DNA of 64,000 nucleotides from a virus, in IMG/VR virus record IMGVR_UViG_3300013094_000036, positions 1 to 64,000 of that record, one strand, 5' to 3'. Of the stretch, positions 61,161 through 64,000 are shown in pieces. The position numbers were made by a program, and so were the translations under genes. The notes beneath the pieces are model-generated. The model was not told the DNA's origin and ran no database searches. It saw nothing but the letters and a program-made list of their open reading frames with translations. Within the stretch, counting starts at the first letter, position 1; the number at the start of each line of letters is the position of its first letter.

Positions 61161-61394
61161 AGGGTTTGAGAACTGACGACGATTTTGGTCACCTATGGCC
61201 AGTGTTTAGCGTATGAAACACAAAGGATAGGGACTCGCGGAGGGCAACAAGGTAGATATGTCTACTGGATACCAATGCGAGGCTGGGTTAGATAGAGATC
61301 ACCCAGTAGGAGTTGCCATATAGGCGACTCTGTTCGTGATTGTTTTGTGGGACGATGATGAGGGAAAGTCATCGTCCCAGAAAGTGAAACCTTT
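61161..61394 (+). ncRNA. Unknown structured ncRNA, about 235 nt
   Basis: Closing stem agggttt/aaacctt, at least six internal hairpins, GC-richer, no ORF. Confidence 0.6.
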
Positions 61395-61443
61395 TGCAGA
61401 ATGTATTTTTTGAAATGATTGTGCTAAGGGTTTTTAAGAATTT

Positions 61444-61529
61444 GAGGGGGCGCCAGAGTTGGAGAGCTGGAGCAGACTGTAAATCTGCCGCTTATTGCTG
61501 AGTGTGTTCGAATCACACCCCCCTCACCA
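61444..61529 (+). tRNA. tRNA-Tyr(GUA)
   Basis: Cloverleaf with long variable arm and CCA. Confidence 0.95.
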
Positions 61530-61540
61530 ACATAAGATAA

Positions 61541-61615
61541 CAGGGCGTAGCTCAGAAGGAGAGTGCTAGTTTTGGAAACTAGAGGCCGGGATTGCAAAAC
61601 TCCCCGCCCTGACCA
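61541..61615 (+). tRNA. tRNA-Pro(UGG)
   Basis: ctagt-TTTGGAA-actag, CCA; T-loop TGCAAAA. Confidence 0.9.
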
Positions 61616-61630
61616 GATAAAATAATATAT

Positions 61631-61705
61631 GGGTCTAAAGTGTTGTTGGGGGCACGCGGGATTTGCATTCCCGAAGGCGGGATTCAAGCTCCCGTAGATC
61701 CACCA
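61631..61705 (+). tRNA. tRNA-Ala(UGC)
   Basis: G3:U70 pair, TTTGCAT loop, CCA. Confidence 0.9.
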
Positions 61706-61799
61706 CTATTTTGGGTAATTTTCAATGCGTTGTAGTAATTCTTCCAGTGTCATTCTTGAAGTTTTTCTTGCAAAATTTTCTTCCCAACTAATCAATTAT

Positions 61800-61873
61800 G
61801 CCTCGTTCGTCCAATGGCAGGGCCGCATCTTTACACGGTGCAGACGGCAGTTCGATTCTGTCACGAGGTACCA
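61800..61873 (+). tRNA. tRNA-Val(UAC)
   Basis: gcatc-TTTACAC-ggtgc, TTCGATT T-loop, CCA. Confidence 0.92.
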
Positions 61874-61899
61874 ACGATTATTTTGGTATAAATAACTGC

Positions 61900-62460
61900 A
61901 TGAAAATTGCTATAACAGGTCATACTAGTGGTATCGGTATTGCAACATATAATCTACTGCAAGAACACAATCATATCGTACAAGGGTTCAGTAGATCTAA
62001 TGGGTTTGATCTAACTAATCAAGCAGAACGAACCAGTATGTATCAAATTCTTAAAAATGAACAATTTGACTGTTTGATAAACAATGCATATCCTTATCAA
62101 TCCGCACATGGCACCAACGGGTTTATGCAAACAGCAATATTAAATGATGTTTGGAAAATCTGGCGTTCTGATCCTGGAAAAACTATAATAACCATTGGTA
62201 GTTTAGGAGCAGACCATGTAAAAAACCAGTATATGCCATATGCTATTCATAAAAAATCAATTGACGATACTGCAAAACAATTGAGATTGGCTTGCCAATA
62301 TCCACAAGTCACTGTTATCAAACCTAGCTGGGTAGACACACCTGCTGTCAAGCAGTTCGATGGCAATAAATGCACAGCCCAACAGGTGGCAGAGATAATT
62401 CTTTGGATTTTAAACTGCCAAGTTAGAATTTTAGATATAACTTTTGAAAAGCGTGTTTAA
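61900..62460 (+). CDS. Short-chain dehydrogenase/reductase
   Basis: ITGHTSGIG, INNA, Y...K; TATAAATA upstream. Confidence 0.88.
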   Translation: MKIAITGHTSGIGIATYNLLQEHNHIVQGFSRSNGFDLTNQAERTSMYQILKNEQFDCLINNAYPYQSAHGTNGFMQTAILNDVWKIWRSDPGKTIITIGSLGADHVKNQYMPYAIHKKSIDDTAKQLRLACQYPQVTVIKPSWVDTPAVKQFDGNKCTAQQVAEIILWILNCQVRILDITFEKRV

Positions 62461-62560
62461 ATCAATGATATGAACCAGTTGTTGTTTATGTAGATAGACG
62501 GCAACGACATCAAATAATTGCTCTTGTGGCCTAACTGGATAGAGCGATAGATTAACAAAT

Positions 62561-62639
62561 GCACCTGTATCCCTCTCCGCTACGAACGGAGCGAAAGGTA
62601 ATTGGAATCATACAGGTTCAACTCCTGTCAGGTGCTCCA
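62561..62639 (+). tRNA. Atypical D-armless tRNA-Arg(ACG)-like RNA
   Basis: Acceptor gcacctg/caggtgc+TCCA, ctccg-CTACGAA-cggag, normal T arm, no D arm. Confidence 0.7.
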
Positions 62640-62670
62640 ATTTTTTGATTATGGTGATCAAATCGCCATT

Positions 62671-62744
62671 GCTCCTATAGTATAAAAGCAGAACAAGGCT
62701 TTGGTAAAGCCTGGACGCAGGGGCGATACCTGCTAGGAGCACCA
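62671..62744 (+). tRNA. tRNA-Thr(GGU)
   Basis: aggct-TTGGTAA-agcct, CCA; T-loop GGCGATA. Confidence 0.88.
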
Positions 62745-62752
62745 TAATTTAA

Positions 62753-62830
62753 TGCGGAGTAGACTGGAGGTGGCCCCAGCATGGTCTCATACGCCATTGA
62801 CGCACGTTCAACTCGTGCCTCTCGCAACCA
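62753..62830 (+). tRNA. tRNA-Met(CAU), initiator-like 5' end
   Basis: atggt-CTCATAC-gccat, TTCAACT T-loop, CCA. Confidence 0.8.
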
Positions 62831-62877
62831 AAAAATAACAACGATTACTGCGATTGAAACCAAAATAACTGTGATAT

Positions 62878-63905
62878 GTTCCGTTGCCAGAGATAGTTCA
62901 ATGGTATATCTGCTCAAACATAGTAATCCGTTTCATTAACTCTTCTAATGTTATAGAAGATTTTGAATGTTTGTTTTGATTTGTTCGATGCGGAATGATT
63001 CGGCAATTTGCTGGATGTGCAAGTATTTTTGGATCAACACCATTTTTAAATCCATCAGAAACAGAATATAAGTGATCGCGAGAACAACCTTCTAAATTTT
63101 TTTTCTGTTAGCTGCTGAATACCAACCATATTGTTTGATAAGTGCAGATGCATCCATAAACCAGTCTGCATAATCTGTTATACAGAAAGTGAACCTTGTT
63201 TGGTATCTATATAAACTTTTGTTATCTATAGTATCTGGATGTATAGTTTTAATAGTTTTTGAATACCATATTTTTCCGGTTATTTTGCACTTGCATAGAT
63301 ATACTCGAGTGTATGGGCCAACTATTTGTGATTTGAAAAGTTTTTTGGCAATATATTTTGGATTTTTACTCTCGTGAGTTGGCCTAGTAGCACGCCCTTT
63401 CAAAGTTTCAGATCGTTTCTTTTTTGAAATTTCTGATTGAGGACCACGTTGTTTGTTATTAAACTTTGCTGCACATGACTGCGTACAAAATTTGTTTTTG
63501 TTTTCATGTTGTTCATATGAAAGTGCCGATTTGCAGTTCAAACACAAATTTGGATTTTCTAAGTATTTGGAGATTATTTTTTGTTTTTCCTTTAAGAGTT
63601 TTTCGGAAAGGGCTTTTCCTCGTCCTAAACCAGAACACCTAAAGTTACAAAATTTTGGATTAATTGTTGGCTTGCCACATGCAGCACATGGTTTTTCTTT
63701 TAGAGTAGATGATTTTTTATAAATATCATTAGACATTGTCTTTTCCTTATAGTATAATAAGACTGTGTTTAGAGATACAAGATGCGTCAACATCTTGTAT
63801 CTCGTTTATTTAGTTAATTTGATCCAGTGACCAGAGATAGTAATGGCCCCGGCTGCAACCCGGAAAATCGGATTAACGAGTATGCAAGCGACCCACGGAA
63901 CTCCA
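62878..63905 (+). pseudogene. tRNA-Cys(GCA) interrupted by the HNH gene
   Basis: GTTCCGT (62878) is complementary to ACGGAAC (63895)+TCCA; anticodon loop CTGCAAC. Confidence 0.65.
62898..63736 (-). CDS. HNH endonuclease, frameshifted at an A8 run
   Basis: Zinc-finger-like N part stops at 63092. The -1 frame continues LEGCSRDH..DGF..HPANC..N..K to a stop at 62898. Confidence 0.8.
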
Positions 63906-63911
63906 AAAAAT

Positions 63912-63984
63912 GGACTGTTAGCTCAGTGGCCAGAGCAGGGAGCTTTTAACTCTCGGGTCCTCGGTTCAAATCCGAGACAGTCCT
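63912..63984 (+). tRNA. tRNA-Lys(UUU)
   Basis: Cloverleaf, CTTTTAA loop, no encoded CCA. Confidence 0.93.
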
Positions 63985-64000
63985 TGAAGATAAATTCAGG

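Overview
This is an AT-rich 64 kb segment of a large (jumbo-type, T4-superfamily-like) dsDNA phage. It has sigma70-like early promoters and T4-like TATAAATA late promoters. The host is probably an alphaproteobacterium, inferred from the circularly permuted tmRNA with an ANDN...AA tag, a ROSE-like thermometer and C-terminal AA degrons. Gene content: class Ia ribonucleotide reductase with nrdA in at least three pieces; five apparently complete or frameshifted HNH genes, one GIY-YIG gene and one endonuclease fragment; glycosyltransferases; a GC-richer block of repeated promoter-gene cassettes; type II topoisomerase; Nudix; TilS; DUF2828 (Ro60/TROVE-like vWA); ClpX, IF3, S21, Hsp20 and ClpS; a curli-like csgF/csgG/curlin/FecR/CHASE2-cyclase operon; prs; a repeat-rich tail fibre; a broken Thg1; GlnB; methyltransferases; peroxiredoxin; and a tRNA cluster. 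Best candidates for new biology: (1) an array of small stem-closed RNAs sharing a CAGCAA motif, several carrying anticodon-like stem-loops, next to the Ro60-like DUF2828 gene; (2) a leader-peptide attenuator upstream of an unknown structured ncRNA and the tRNA cluster; (3) a three-piece NrdA joined by an atypically split intein plus a non-splicing intein remnant; (4) a tRNA-Cys interrupted by an antisense HNH gene. All calls come from reading the sequence by eye; no searches or folding programs were run.
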